64,000 bases of DNA from Candidatus Omnitrophota bacterium (GCA_030698625.1 JAUYMS010000030.1:20016-84015), one strand, 5' to 3'. Numbered from the stretch's first letter, positions 46,588-56,882 are shown. The notes: a model not told the origin generated them from the sequence alone. Numbers and translations are program-made.

Positions 46588-47215
46588 GCAACTGAGTCGG
46601 TAAACCGATGACATTGCTCAGGGATCCGCGGCGGGCCGCAACAATAAACGGCCGTTTCTGGATCGCGTAGCCGGCCGCTTTATCAAGCGGGTTGACGCGG
46701 GTCACGTAATCTTTAATCTTCTCCTCCGGCCATTTCTTGAACGTGACTTTCGTTTTGTCGTACCCCATAAAGACTTTCCCCGTATCCCAGCGTATGAGCG
46801 CGATGGCCGTATAGACCCGGTGGGATTTCCCGGATAGGGCACTCAAGATCTTGATTGCCTCTCGCAGGGTGGCCGGCTTTCCGATCAACCGCCCGCGAAA
46901 GCTGATCAGGGTATCCGCGCCGAGAACAATTCCGACAGAGCGGTTACGCCCTCCGGGTTTTAACTGAGCATGGCGGGCCTTGCCGAGGGCATGGCGCAAC
47001 GCCAGTTTGTGCGGGGATCCGCTTTTTTCGTGCCGCTCACGATAGCTTGATTTTACCACTTGGAAGGGGATCTTCATCTGCCTAAGAAGAGACCGACGTC
47101 TGGCAGACTGTGAGGCGAGATAGAAGTGAGCTTTACTAGGGAGCGGGTGAGCCTTCGGATTCGGACGTCTTTTTCGGGATGATCTCTTCGATTGCCTGCT
47201 CAATAACGTTCTCAT
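46550..47215 (-). CDS. maf: Maf family nucleoside triphosphate pyrophosphatase
   Basis: YLASQSARRRSLL, LGADT, GKP, LSGKSHRVYTA, DKAAGYAIQ, SNVIGLP. Start taken as ATG 47215 with AAGAGGA upstream. Confidence 0.85.
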   Translation of the reverse strand: MRTLLSRQSKRSSRKRRPNPKAHPLPSKAHFYLASQSARRRSLLRQMKIPFQVVKSSYRERHEKSGSPHKLALRHALGKARHAQLKPGGRNRSVGIVLGADTLISFRGRLIGKPATLREAIKILSALSGKSHRVYTAIALIRWDTGKVFMGYDKTKVTFKKWPEEKIKDYVTRVNPLDKAAGYAIQKRPFIVAARRGSLSNVIGLPTQLLRRLLRSALGPS

Positions 47216-48275
47216 TAACAATTTCCTCTTTGAACCGTTCGCCGAACTGCTCCTCGAATTCCCTTTCCTGAAACTGCTCTTTGAATTCTTTCTCTTGAAA
47301 ATGCGCCGTGAATTCCTTCTCCTGAAATTGGTTTTCTCGCTCCGGGGCATTGCGGTCGTTGACCGTCCTAGACATCGGGCTATTTTGATGAGTCGTTTTG
47401 CCCGGAGATCCTCCGTGGCTGTACGGGTCGCTGCCGCCGGGAGGCCCGCCGTTGCCGATATGGTTTTTATTGTCGACGTCCTTATGGGCAGCTGCAATAT
47501 AAGCTGAGGAACTGCCATCTGCAAGCACCTCTTTGAATTTGCTGTGTGCCTCCGTGATTTTTTCAGCCCCGCCGGCAAAAGTCTCAAGTTCGGTTGCGGC
47601 AAATCGGTATTCTTCTTCGGCCGACATCTTTTCGGCCTCGGTCATTTCTCGCGGCCCTTCTATGCGGCCTGTATCGATATTCGCTTGGTCGATAATGAAC
47701 GCCTCATCTTGGCCGACTTGGTGGGATCCTACCAGACCGCCTGCGCTATCGAAAATGAAATGTTCTACGGACCCTTCCGTGACAAAGGTGCGTGACTCGT
47801 TGATCTTGGCGTCATGTTCTCTAATAAAATGCGTTCCGCGTACCCCGGCTACGGACGTGGGTGTTGCGACTTCATAGGTGGACCCCGGGGGCAGACCGTC
47901 CAAAGCGTTAAGGACTCTGCCGTCGCTCAGAAAGACATCAGTCGGTTCGATGGCTCGAAACTCGGCAAAGGTGTTTGATCCCATGCGCGCAATGTTAAGA
48001 AAGTAGGCGTCGTAATAGATTTCGACAAAGGAATTCTGTTGTGTGCGAATCTGATCGCCCTCGTTGATAGCGTCTTTAATCTTTAAGGGGACCCAATCGG
48101 TCGAATTGTTTCTGAGAACAAGAACTGTTCCGCCGAGATTGAATACGCCGGCTTCGTGATCGACCAGAGATTTAGCCTGTTCGGCATCGCCCCCAATGTC
48201 CGCAGCCAGGGAGGGTGCCGCCACGGTCACGGCGGCAACAAGGACTAGCAGGACAAATTTTTGATGGAATTTCAT
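47136..48275 (-). CDS. Secreted FecR-domain protein
   Basis: Signal peptide; GDQIRT, YEVATPTSVAGVRGTHF, VTEGSV; C-terminal low-complexity tail. Confidence 0.88.
   Translation of the reverse strand: MKFHQKFVLLVLVAAVTVAAPSLAADIGGDAEQAKSLVDHEAGVFNLGGTVLVLRNNSTDWVPLKIKDAINEGDQIRTQQNSFVEIYYDAYFLNIARMGSNTFAEFRAIEPTDVFLSDGRVLNALDGLPPGSTYEVATPTSVAGVRGTHFIREHDAKINESRTFVTEGSVEHFIFDSAGGLVGSHQVGQDEAFIIDQANIDTGRIEGPREMTEAEKMSAEEEYRFAATELETFAGGAEKITEAHSKFKEVLADGSSSAYIAAAHKDVDNKNHIGNGGPPGGSDPYSHGGSPGKTTHQNSPMSRTVNDRNAPERENQFQEKEFTAHFQEKEFKEQFQEREFEEQFGERFKEEIVNENVIEQAIEEIIPKKTSESEGSPAP
47224..47330 (-). repeat. 27-bp tandem repeat encoding FQE(K/R)EFxxx in FecR tail
   Basis: GAATTC...TGAAA units at 47256, 47283 and 47310. 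Confidence 0.7.
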
Positions 48276-48370
48276 GACTTCCTAGTTACCTATCTCTTTT
48301 TAAGACAGCCAGTTGCGTATTCGAATAAAGCTTAACCGGTGTTGATGGGCATTACAAGCTCCCGCTATCT

Positions 48371-49546
48371 TTACAGATAGGAAGGCCTGGGAAGGTTAAA
48401 TTGCTCAAAGATTTCCGAGGCCTTGAGACTGGTATACACCCCGAGTGTGAATGTTGATCCCTGATATTCCAGGTCGGGAAAGTTCGAGTCGCTCTTTACA
48501 TAGCTGGCATTGAATCCGAGATTGATATACTCAGAGAAGGCATAAAAGATGCCGCCATAGAGCGCAGGCAAATCCTCCCACTGCGCTGAAGACGTTGTGT
48601 TGAAACGGCGCCCGTGGTAGTTGCGTCTTTGAAACTGAAAACCGGCAAATGTGTACCACTTCTCGTAACTGACGCTTGCGGTGTGAGAAGTCTTGAAGTA
48701 TTGGTAATCGTAAAAATCCTGATGTTGGTCGTTGGACTGATTGAATCCGACTTCGTTTTCAGAGACGATCCGCAAGAGCTTGAAGGGTTCGATCTTGATC
48801 TCGTGACCGATGCGGTAGATGGAGTCTTTTCGGTCATTGGGAGTATTGATCGTGCTAGTGGTTGTTCCCGGGCTGGTGATGCGGGCCTTGCGGTAAACGT
48901 AATCCTTGTATTCATAAGTAAAATTGGGACGATGCGAAATCCGACGTGTATCGAAAGGAGAGTGCTCGAGCCCGACGCGAACACGGTGGCGCCAATAGCT
49001 GGATTGTGTGGATTTCTGGAATCGCGCATACTGGATATCGTAATCCGAATCCAGCAGCAGAGATTTGTTGATTTTGTAGTCAATCTTACCGCGTATGTCA
49101 TTGCGGAATGAGTCGTTCTTAGAAAAATGCTGATGAAGGGCTGTGTTTAAACTGTAACGGATTTGATAGCGTAGGCGCTTGAACGCTATGTCTGTAAAGG
49201 TTGTGAAGAAGTTGATTTCCTGGGTCAAATCGCGCTTGTGAGCCGAATCAAGATTGGCGTTCCGGTCAAAGCTTTCGATGAATGCGAACGAGAAGCGGAT
49301 CTTATTAAGAAGACGCTCCTCCATAGCCTTCTGCTGTACCGCCTTTTCGTCGGCGAGGGCAAGCTCCCGAAAGCGGAACATGGCTTGTTCTCGCCGGTCC
49401 TGTTGGCCCACGACGCGGTCTTGTTGTTCCTGTTCCGCGGCCTCCGCGGCGAAGCCCGGCCGCGACGGCTCCAGGCAAACAACGCCTAGAGCCAGCAAGA
49501 CGATTCCGATGAACGTTTTGCGGCTAAACCCTTTCATAGATAGCAT
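48371..49546 (-). CDS. Outer-membrane beta-barrel protein
   Basis: Signal peptide; alternating aromatic/polar strands; SDSNFPDLEYQGSTFTLGV C-terminal pattern. Adjacent to the FecR gene. Confidence 0.75.
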   Translation of the reverse strand: MLSMKGFSRKTFIGIVLLALGVVCLEPSRPGFAAEAAEQEQQDRVVGQQDRREQAMFRFRELALADEKAVQQKAMEERLLNKIRFSFAFIESFDRNANLDSAHKRDLTQEINFFTTFTDIAFKRLRYQIRYSLNTALHQHFSKNDSFRNDIRGKIDYKINKSLLLDSDYDIQYARFQKSTQSSYWRHRVRVGLEHSPFDTRRISHRPNFTYEYKDYVYRKARITSPGTTTSTINTPNDRKDSIYRIGHEIKIEPFKLLRIVSENEVGFNQSNDQHQDFYDYQYFKTSHTASVSYEKWYTFAGFQFQRRNYHGRRFNTTSSAQWEDLPALYGGIFYAFSEYINLGFNASYVKSDSNFPDLEYQGSTFTLGVYTSLKASEIFEQFNLPRPSYL

Positions 49547-49676
49547 CTAATCGTTATTATCGGCCCCAAAGCAGGCGATATGAACTTCAGCGTCGCGAGA
49601 GGCGTGGGCGTAAAAAAGACTTGATGAATAGCGGTAAATGATCGATAACTGACAATAATTTTCGGGAGATAATAGT

Positions 49677-50135
49677 ATGAACAGAGCCAGAGGGTTTACC
49701 CTCGTAGAAATAATGATCGTAGTCGCCATCATCGGGATTTTGGCCTCCATGGCGATTCCGAATCTGCTGCGTATGCGGCTGAATGCGGTCGAATCCAAAG
49801 TGAAAGCCGATCTGCGGACGTTTAGCTCGGCGTCGGAGAGCTTTCGAACGGGCCAGAACCCTCCGCGTTATCCGGCAAGTGTTGATGAACTGATCGAGGC
49901 CGCACCGCCTTACCTGGATGAGACCTGGGATGGCGACAGCCGCAACGAGTTTGAATACACGTTTGCGGTCGATGAAGAAGGAACCGCTTATTCGATGATT
50001 GCCGTGCCTCGCGAGAATGCGGGCATCAACACCTATTGTATTGATGCCACCGGAATCCTCGTCGGATCGGTGGCTGGGGAAGGCCCGCCTACCGGCGATA
50101 CGGACGGGTGCGCGGACGGTACCGTGGTCCAGTAG
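49677..50135 (+). CDS. Type IV pilin (prepilin-type N-terminal methylation motif)
   Basis: RGFTLVEIMIVVAIIGILASMAIPNL; C-terminal Cys pair. Confidence 0.92.
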   Translation: MNRARGFTLVEIMIVVAIIGILASMAIPNLLRMRLNAVESKVKADLRTFSSASESFRTGQNPPRYPASVDELIEAAPPYLDETWDGDSRNEFEYTFAVDEEGTAYSMIAVPRENAGINTYCIDATGILVGSVAGEGPPTGDTDGCADGTVVQ

Positions 50136-50167
50136 TTCGGATTTCAGTAGATCCCTCCTGTAGAGAG

Positions 50168-50176
50168 TGTTATAAT
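50168..50176 (+). promoter_or_regulatory. Extended -10 promoter upstream of bolA
   Basis: TGtTATAAT 15 nt upstream of ATG 50192. Confidence 0.55.
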
Positions 50177-50191
50177 CCCGCCTCATACGAT

Positions 50192-50425
50192 ATGATTTCT
50201 CCAGAGCAAATACAGCAAATACTAATAGAAAAAATGCCGGGCGCTCAAGTCGAAGTAAGTGACTTAACGGGCACCATGGATCATTTTGAAGCACGTGTGG
50301 TCTGGACTGAATTCAAGGGGAAGAGCCTGGTAGAACAGCATCAGCTGGTGAATCGGGCGCTTGCCGCACCCCTCGAAGACGGCCGCATTCATGCCCTCAA
50401 AATGAGGACCATCATTCCGGAATAA
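50192..50425 (+). CDS. bolA: BolA family protein
   Basis: DHFEARVV..FKGKSLVEQHQLVNRAL..IHAL; adjacent to grxD. Confidence 0.9.
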   Translation: MISPEQIQQILIEKMPGAQVEVSDLTGTMDHFEARVVWTEFKGKSLVEQHQLVNRALAAPLEDGRIHALKMRTIIPE

Positions 50426-50449
50426 TCAGATTAAAGGCGAGGTGAGCTT

Positions 50450-50770
50450 ATGTCCGCAGATGTAGAGCAGAGAATCAAATCTGAAATTACAAATAATAAA
50501 GTTGTCGTATTTATGAAGGGCACTCCCGAAGCGCCACAATGTGGTTTTTCGGCGGCAACCTGTGAGATCCTCAAGGCGTACAAGAAGCCGTTCAAAGGAA
50601 TCGACATACTCGCAGACCCCGAAGTGAGGGCAACTCTCCCTTCCATATCGAGTTGGCCGACTTTCCCTCAGGTATTTATTGGCGGTAAATTGGTGGGTGG
50701 CTGCGACATTGTCCACGAGCTCAGAGACTCAGGAGAATTAGAGAAGCTTTTAAACGAGGCATTTCAGTAG
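50450..50770 (+). CDS. grxD: Monothiol glutaredoxin Grx4
   Basis: FMKGTPEAPQCGFS, WPTFPQVFIGG, GGCDI. Confidence 0.96.
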   Translation: MSADVEQRIKSEITNNKVVVFMKGTPEAPQCGFSAATCEILKAYKKPFKGIDILADPEVRATLPSISSWPTFPQVFIGGKLVGGCDIVHELRDSGELEKLLNEAFQ

Positions 50771-50793
50771 TTTTCTATTTCTCATACTTATAT

Positions 50794-50825
50794 AAGAAGG
50801 CCCCGGATTCCGGGGCCTTCTTTTT
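50794..50825 (+). terminator. Intrinsic terminator after bolA-grxD
   Basis: AAGAAGGCCCCGG-ATT-CCGGGGCCTTC followed by a T run. Confidence 0.9.
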
Positions 50826-50899
50826 GCCCGCCAATGGTCCCGCCCCAAAGAAGTGGTATACTTACCTTGATAGGAATGTTAGCTTGAAGAAACACTCAT

Positions 50900-52021
50900 T
50901 TGGAGAATTCCGTGGACGCAAAGGCTTATCTTAGCTCCTGCCTCGGTAAGGTTCTAGAAATGAGGGGGCAGGACCTCTTTCTGAAGGTGGGGTCTGTCCC
51001 CCGGACACGTGCCATGGGCTTGGTGCGAACCATGCCGTTCGAAGTGGTCAAAGCGGAAGAAACCCAGGCCATTGCCGATGCCCTGCTGAACAATCACCAA
51101 AAGGAACTCCTCGCCAAAAACCTGAGTGTCGATTTCGCATTTTCACTCCTGACGGCCGGCCAGCGTTTCAGAGCCAATGTCTTCTACCAGATGGGAACGT
51201 TGTCGCTTGTTATTCGAACTTTGTGGAAGAGTATCCCGTCTTTTGAGGAACTGCATATTCCGGAAGTGATGCAACGAATTGCTCTGGAAAAGTCCGGCAT
51301 CATCCTGATTGCCGGAACCGTTTCATCCGGAAAGACGACGACCATCACGGCTATGTTGGATATGATGAACCAGCGAGTGGAGAGGCATATCATCACGATC
51401 GAAGATCCTGTAGAATATCTGCATGCCGACAAGAAATGTATTGTGAACCAGAGGGAAATCGGCACCGATGCGGTTGATTTTACTTCAGCGCTGAAGTATG
51501 TCGTGCGACAGTCACCCGACGTGATTGTGATCGGTGAAATGAGAGATGCGGAGACCTTCAATTTTGCCTTGTCGGCAGCTGAAGTCGGGCGATTGGTGAT
51601 TGCGACGGTGCATGCAAAATCAGTGGTGCAGATTTTCGATCGCGTTCTGGGGTTTTTCCCGGCCGATGAGCGGGATCAGGCCCTGAGCCATCTTTCATAC
51701 AATATTACATGCCTCTGTTGCCAGAAACTCTTGGTGTGTAAAGATGGGAAGTCGCTCGTGCCTGCCTTTGAGATCATGACGGGTAATTACACGACGCGGC
51801 AGCTGGTGCGTGAAAAGAGATTCGATAAAGTACCTCAGGCGATGCGAAACGCCAATAAAGACGGTATGATGACCTATGAGCAGGCCATCTATAATCTATG
51901 GGAACAAGGGTTTATCACGCCGGAAGAAGCGTTGGCGTCGAGTGAACGGCCCCAAGAGCTTGAGAACCGCATGAAAGGAATCGTGATTGACGGTGAGCGC
52001 GGAAAGATCCTGGGCTCATGA
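50900..52021 (+). CDS. PilT/PilU family type IV pilus retraction ATPase
   Basis: RFRANVF, GTVSSGKTTT, TIEDPVE, NQREIG, RQSPDVIVIGEMRD, ATVH, GMMTYEQ. TGgTATACT upstream at 50854-50862. Confidence 0.93.
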   Translation: MENSVDAKAYLSSCLGKVLEMRGQDLFLKVGSVPRTRAMGLVRTMPFEVVKAEETQAIADALLNNHQKELLAKNLSVDFAFSLLTAGQRFRANVFYQMGTLSLVIRTLWKSIPSFEELHIPEVMQRIALEKSGIILIAGTVSSGKTTTITAMLDMMNQRVERHIITIEDPVEYLHADKKCIVNQREIGTDAVDFTSALKYVVRQSPDVIVIGEMRDAETFNFALSAAEVGRLVIATVHAKSVVQIFDRVLGFFPADERDQALSHLSYNITCLCCQKLLVCKDGKSLVPAFEIMTGNYTTRQLVREKRFDKVPQAMRNANKDGMMTYEQAIYNLWEQGFITPEEALASSERPQELENRMKGIVIDGERGKILGS

Positions 52022-52878
52022 TTCTGCCGTGCGTTTTGCTTGTCCTTATCATCCCCCTCTATCTTTGGTCCCGATGGTATGAACCTCGATGCTATGAGCT
52101 TAATCGCCATACGATTCGAATGGACAAGGCTCTCGGTGCTTCTTTAAAGGTACTGCATCTTTCCGATATCCATTTTGCAGGTAAGATTCGAGCCCTGGAT
52201 CAGTTTTTTGATCGAATTGCCGCCGAAGACGTGGACCTCGTGTTTCTGACGGGGGATGTTATCGATCACGAGAAGGGCATCCCTTCGTGTGTTGAGAACT
52301 TAAAAAAACTGAAGCCTCGCATCGGGAAGTATGCCGTATTCGGCAATCACGATTACTACAACTATCGGCTTTCAGACTGTTTTAAGCATCACTTCCCGGG
52401 CCAGGGTGTTCCGGAAAGTCTCAATCCCATAGAACGTCTGGCTGAAGGCTACGCGGACGCGGGCGTACACCTTTTAAAAAATGAAACCGTGGAGATCTTA
52501 AACGGCAGAACACCGCTCTTGATCCACGGCTTGGATGACCCTACCACAGGCAAAGCGAATTTGCGCACGACGATGAAAAATTTTGACCCTGAAAAAATTA
52601 ATTTGCTGCTAACGCACACCATCGATGTCTTTCTCGATATAGGCGAAGGGGAGATTGATGTGTCATTTTCAGGTCATTCGCACGGCGGCCAAGTCCGTAT
52701 GCCCTATTACGGTGCCGTGCTGACGCATACCATGATGGGACGCGCCTATGCCGCCGGTATTATCCGTCATCAGGGAGCTACCTGCGTGGTATCACGCGGT
52801 ATGGGATCGAGTCGCTATACCCCAGTGCGTTTCCTGTGCCGTCCCGAGGCCCTGCTCATCGAGATTCACGGAAGCTAA
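52018..52878 (+). CDS. Metallophosphoesterase (YkuE-like)
   Basis: HLSDIH, LTGDVID, GNHDY, SGHSHGGQ, SRGMG. Confidence 0.92.
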   Translation: MILPCVLLVLIIPLYLWSRWYEPRCYELNRHTIRMDKALGASLKVLHLSDIHFAGKIRALDQFFDRIAAEDVDLVFLTGDVIDHEKGIPSCVENLKKLKPRIGKYAVFGNHDYYNYRLSDCFKHHFPGQGVPESLNPIERLAEGYADAGVHLLKNETVEILNGRTPLLIHGLDDPTTGKANLRTTMKNFDPEKINLLLTHTIDVFLDIGEGEIDVSFSGHSHGGQVRMPYYGAVLTHTMMGRAYAAGIIRHQGATCVVSRGMGSSRYTPVRFLCRPEALLIEIHGS

Positions 52879-52884
52879 TCTCAA

Positions 52885-53829
52885 TTGCCTGAAATCATTC
52901 CAGTCATCATCAATCCGGCCGCGGGTCGTAAAAAGAGGCTCGCCGTCTTATTGGAGCGTCTTATCCTTTTCTCCCCTGAAGTCCCTACGCTGAGTCTCTT
53001 GTCGCTCGAGCGTGTCCGCGAGCGGATAGACTCCGCGTTCTCGGAATGGGGGATGAATGTACGAATTATCCTAACGAGTGCTCCTGGGGAGGCGACCGAA
53101 ATCGCAACGCAGCTTGCCGAAAAGGGGGAGAAACTCGTAGTGGCGGTAGGCGGCGACGGCACAATCAACGAAGTCGTCAACGGCCTTGCGGGTTCGAGTG
53201 CCGCACTTGGCGTCATTCCTATGGGGACATCCAACTCCTTTGCCATTGGCTTAGGTATTCCGCTTGCGCTGGCGGGCGCGGTTGATGTGATTCGGAGGAG
53301 AAAAATCAGATCGATCGATCTAGGCAAGGTGGGCAACCGGTATTTTGCCATGGGGGTTGGAATGAGCCTGGATACATTGACGCTCGAATCCATCGAGCCG
53401 CACGGAAAAAGGTGGTTCGGCGCGGCGGCCTACCTCAAAGGCTTGTTCGTTGCTTTATTCTACGCGTTTCCCAAATTGGATATTGAAGCTGACGGCGGCC
53501 ATTCGCATAGGGGCTGTTATCATGTGGTCATCTCAAACGTCGGTTTTTACGGAGGCTTTTTTTGCGTGGCTGAGCACGCGCGTACCGATGATGGGAAATT
53601 GGATGTCTCTCTTTTTAAGAAAAAGGGCGTGTTCGATTTAATGCGCTATGTGCTGGCGGCGCGCCGGGGCAATCTGGCCAAGTGCCGGGATGTGGTGCGC
53701 TTTCAATGCCGCAGACTGCAGGTGACAAGCGCAGTACCTGTCGACGTGCATCTTGATGCTGAAATCTGCGAGACGACGCCCTGCGAAATCGAGTGCATCC
53801 GCTCTGCTGTTTCCGTTGTTGCGCCGTAG
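52885..53829 (+). CDS. Diacylglycerol/lipid kinase family protein (YegS/DgkB-like)
   Basis: IINPAAG, GGDGTINEVVNG, IPMGTSNSFA, DDGKLDV. Confidence 0.92.
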   Translation: MPEIIPVIINPAAGRKKRLAVLLERLILFSPEVPTLSLLSLERVRERIDSAFSEWGMNVRIILTSAPGEATEIATQLAEKGEKLVVAVGGDGTINEVVNGLAGSSAALGVIPMGTSNSFAIGLGIPLALAGAVDVIRRRKIRSIDLGKVGNRYFAMGVGMSLDTLTLESIEPHGKRWFGAAAYLKGLFVALFYAFPKLDIEADGGHSHRGCYHVVISNVGFYGGFFCVAEHARTDDGKLDVSLFKKKGVFDLMRYVLAARRGNLAKCRDVVRFQCRRLQVTSAVPVDVHLDAEICETTPCEIECIRSAVSVVAP

Positions 53830-53838
53830 GAAACGATA

Positions 53839-54597
53839 TTACGATTTTTTCGCAGCTTTGTTCAAACGGCGCGAGGCAGGATAGAGAACGAAGATCGTGA
53901 GTGCGAGCAGTGCGACGCTGATGACCTGATTGAGAGTCAGCGCCTGCCAATCCGGATGATCATCGATTCGCCAAAATTCGATGATGAAACGTGAGAGAGG
54001 ATAGAAGAGAAAAAAATAAAGCGTGATTTCACCGTCGTATTTCTTGCGAGGGTAGTAAAGATAGAGAAACAGAAACAATGCGAGATTAGAAGCAATTTCA
54101 TAGAGTTGTGTGGGATGAACAGGGGTTATGGATTCGGGGAACTGCAAGGCCCAGGGCAGGTCACAGGCCGTCCCGTAGCAACACCCGTTCAAAAAACAGC
54201 CGATACGGATAAAGCAGTACACGAGCAGCATGAAAGGCAGGATGAAATCGAGCGTCTTCATGACCGTCATCTGCCGCCAGCGTGCGTAGAGGATCACCGA
54301 GAGCCCGCCGAGAAATAGACTTCCGTAAAGCGTCAGACCGCCATCCCTAACTGCGAGAATGTGAAGGGGCCGGCTTAAAAACCAATCCGCATGATGCGCA
54401 ATGTAAAGGAGTCTCGCCCCTACAAATCCCGTAAAAAAGATCAGCAATGTGCCGTCGATAACTTGATGGATCTCCGGAAAACCGTCGTGTCGGGCACGCC
54501 GCAAGGCAAGGACAGAGACGACAATAACGCCTAGAATCATCATGACATAATAGGATCGGAACTCGAAATTACCGAGGCTCCACAGGATCGGTTTCAT
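53839..54597 (-). CDS. lgt: Prolipoprotein diacylglyceryl transferase
   Basis: GARLLY, GGLTLYG, RIGCFLNGCCYG, HPTQLYE, RFIIEFWR. Confidence 0.93.
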   Translation of the reverse strand: MKPILWSLGNFEFRSYYVMMILGVIVVSVLALRRARHDGFPEIHQVIDGTLLIFFTGFVGARLLYIAHHADWFLSRPLHILAVRDGGLTLYGSLFLGGLSVILYARWRQMTVMKTLDFILPFMLLVYCFIRIGCFLNGCCYGTACDLPWALQFPESITPVHPTQLYEIASNLALFLFLYLYYPRKKYDGEITLYFFLFYPLSRFIIEFWRIDDHPDWQALTLNQVISVALLALTIFVLYPASRRLNKAAKKS

Positions 54598-54603
54598 CGG
54601 GGA

Positions 54604-56070
54604 TTATTCCACCAAGACGAAGGGGGGTTGCTGCCGGATATTATCGAAGATGGTGCCGAGTTGGCCGATGTTTTGTGCGCAGAATGCCTGGCCCCCGGTT
54701 GCTGACGAAATTCTAATCAAAGTCCGGTAACCCTCGGCCATGGTAAATCGCTGACCGCGAAACGAAAAACAAGGCTCGCTTGTCGCGAAATAGACTGTGT
54801 GGAGAACGATACCGTCTCGCGCGGCAACGCGCGATTCTTGAATTGCGTGGTTGATTCCGCGAGCTCTTCCGGCCGTGTTGTCCGCACAGCGGCCGCGCCG
54901 GTCGCAATTTGCAACGCCGTCAGAGAGCAGCACGGCCGTACTGACAAGCCGTGTGTTTGTTTCTTCATCGGCCTGGTTGAGCATAAGGCGAATCCGGCGA
55001 ATGGCACCGAATATATTGGTGTATCCGGTTCTTTCTCCCACTTCGCCCAGCGGATCGTCACCGCCCGGAAAAATCTGTCCGCCGCCCGGATTGAATAAGA
55101 GCGGGTCTTGTGAATCGCTGTAACTCTGCCAGTAATTAAGGCCTTCATTGGTAAGAAAGTTCTGCAAGTCGACTTTGTTTTCGTCGGTATCGAGACTGAC
55201 CAGTTCTGTTGCGGCTGATCCGTACAGGACAAGGCCGACACGGTAATAAGCGTCAAAGAGTTGGTTTTCCAGAAGGGTGTCGCGAGTCACCTCAAAGACA
55301 TTGTAAATAGGCTGCGGCAATCCTCCCAGACAGTTGTTGGGATCATCCAATGCCTTAGGGGCGATCCGGAAATTCCGTTCCTCTGGGGCATCGTGAAACT
55401 CATCGGCCGTCGGACAATTTCCTGCAGCCAATACTGTCGGGCTGGGATTGGTGGGAACACAGGTCCGGCTGTCCGTGCAAAAATGAGGATAGCTGAAGTC
55501 ATCCATGGAACTGGATATGTCCAAGGCAATAACGATATGTCGTCTGCCGTAGCTGGCGATCGCCTGGCGCCTGAAAAGCATTTGATCAAGGCCAAAGATT
55601 CGGGCCAATTGAAATGAAAAAGGCTGGTTTCCTCCGGGACTCTGCCGCACGACGCTGCGGACGGCGTTCGTCCCGGGAGTATCAATGTTGTCAACCGTTG
55701 TAAATCCGCCGTTTTCAAAATTGTAGATACCGACGTCGACATCCTCTTCTTCGAGGATAACGCTGTTACGCAGCGTCTGCTGGCCACATGGGATGCCGAA
55801 AATATTCTCGTTTCGTTGAACCGTTGTTTGGTTCATCCGAATCGTGTTTTTCTCGGCAGTGACTCGGGCCGCGTTATAGACGGCGTCGTAGGATGCGTTT
55901 TGCATTGCCAGGCGCTTTACTCCCGCCAGCGCCGTCAGGTCCGCGGCATTCTGCATTTCCAAGGTTACAAGGTACGCGAAGCTAAGGTCCATAGCGAGAG
56001 CAGCCGCCCCGATAAGCGGTATGAGAAGCATGGCGAAGGTGGATAGAATGACCCCGCGCTCGGATGCCAT
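54604..56070 (-). CDS. TadG-like pilus assembly protein with VWA domain
   Basis: ERGVIL..TM..MDLS....EMQNAADLTALAG (Tad domain); ALDISSSM and LLSDG VWA motifs. Confidence 0.85.
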   Translation of the reverse strand: MASERGVILSTFAMLLIPLIGAAALAMDLSFAYLVTLEMQNAADLTALAGVKRLAMQNASYDAVYNAARVTAEKNTIRMNQTTVQRNENIFGIPCGQQTLRNSVILEEEDVDVGIYNFENGGFTTVDNIDTPGTNAVRSVVRQSPGGNQPFSFQLARIFGLDQMLFRRQAIASYGRRHIVIALDISSSMDDFSYPHFCTDSRTCVPTNPSPTVLAAGNCPTADEFHDAPEERNFRIAPKALDDPNNCLGGLPQPIYNVFEVTRDTLLENQLFDAYYRVGLVLYGSAATELVSLDTDENKVDLQNFLTNEGLNYWQSYSDSQDPLLFNPGGGQIFPGGDDPLGEVGERTGYTNIFGAIRRIRLMLNQADEETNTRLVSTAVLLSDGVANCDRRGRCADNTAGRARGINHAIQESRVAARDGIVLHTVYFATSEPCFSFRGQRFTMAEGYRTLIRISSATGGQAFCAQNIGQLGTIFDNIRQQPPFVLVE

Positions 56071-56832
56071 TTAGAACTCTCCCGGTTCCGGAGTCGGCGT
56101 CGGAGTCGGCGTCGGAACGGGCGTCGGTGCCGGTGTCGGAGTCGGTGTCGGAATAGGCGTCGGCACCGGCGTCGGAGTTGGTGTCGGAACGGGCGTCGGC
56201 GTCGGTGTGGGGGTCGGTTTGGGTGTGGGGGTCGGTTTGGGCGTCGGTCTCGGAACGGGTGTCGGAGTCGGCGTTGGTCTTGGAGTCGGTTCCGGAGTCG
56301 GCGTCGGCTGCGGAGTCGGCGTTGGTTCCGGAGTCGGTGTCGGTTCCGGAGTCGGCGAAGGCGTCGGTGTGGGCCTCGGCGTGGGCGTTGGTGAAGGCGG
56401 TAGCTGTGTATTGTCCGCCGGACCGATGTTGGCCGCAAAGACGGAAGCTGTTGCGCGAATGCGCAAACTACTCAAACCTGGGATAAACCCCCCGAGCGGA
56501 GAATTGAATAGAGCCGATGAGGTAACTTCAACCGGATCGGTTTCGAGATTCCCTGGGACATTGACGGAGACGATCGGACTGACGATGTTATCATAGTTTG
56601 CGAGGATATTATTGGCGACGGTTCTTCCGCGGAAGCCTATCTGATCATCCTCGGCCATGGATGCCTGGCGCGCGGCCACCTGACTGGCCCGGTACAATGT
56701 GTGCCAAGTAATTAAGGCGCGTGAAATCTCTACGATGCCTAATACCAGGAGGAGAAAGATGGGAAGGACGAGAGCCGCTTCGACAATGCTCTGTCCGCGC
56801 ATTCCTTTGCGTTGACGATACCGTAGAAACAT
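56071..56832 (-). CDS. TadE-like pseudopilin with Pro/Thr-rich C-terminal tail
   Basis: [24 protein letters not shown]...AARQA; ~100-aa (PT)n tail. Confidence 0.88.
   Translation of the reverse strand: MFLRYRQRKGMRGQSIVEAALVLPIFLLLVLGIVEISRALITWHTLYRASQVAARQASMAEDDQIGFRGRTVANNILANYDNIVSPIVSVNVPGNLETDPVEVTSSALFNSPLGGFIPGLSSLRIRATASVFAANIGPADNTQLPPSPTPTPRPTPTPSPTPEPTPTPEPTPTPQPTPTPEPTPRPTPTPTPVPRPTPKPTPTPKPTPTPTPTPVPTPTPTPVPTPIPTPTPTPAPTPVPTPTPTPTPEPGEF
56083..56400 (-). repeat. Hexanucleotide-based repeat encoding (PT)n linker
   Basis: Degenerate CCGACG/CCGACT/CCGACA tandem units. Confidence 0.9.
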
Positions 56833-56882
56833 TCTAACTGCGACCCCTCTTCCCCGAATTGCCGGCTTTATACGTATTAAGG

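Noticed and set aside
47216-47602. 130-aa N-terminal extension of Maf in the ORF track
   Set aside because: It is an alternative frame of the FecR tail with Arg/Ser-rich junk composition, so it was not counted as Maf sequence.
49587-50294. 235-aa minus-strand ORF
   Set aside because: Antisense to the pilin and bolA genes, with no motif.
55965-56596. Arg-rich and Gly/Val-rich ORFs, and a possible CRISPR-like periodicity
   Set aside because: All derive from the (PT)n-coding hexamer repeat of tadE. There are no unique spacers and no cas genes.
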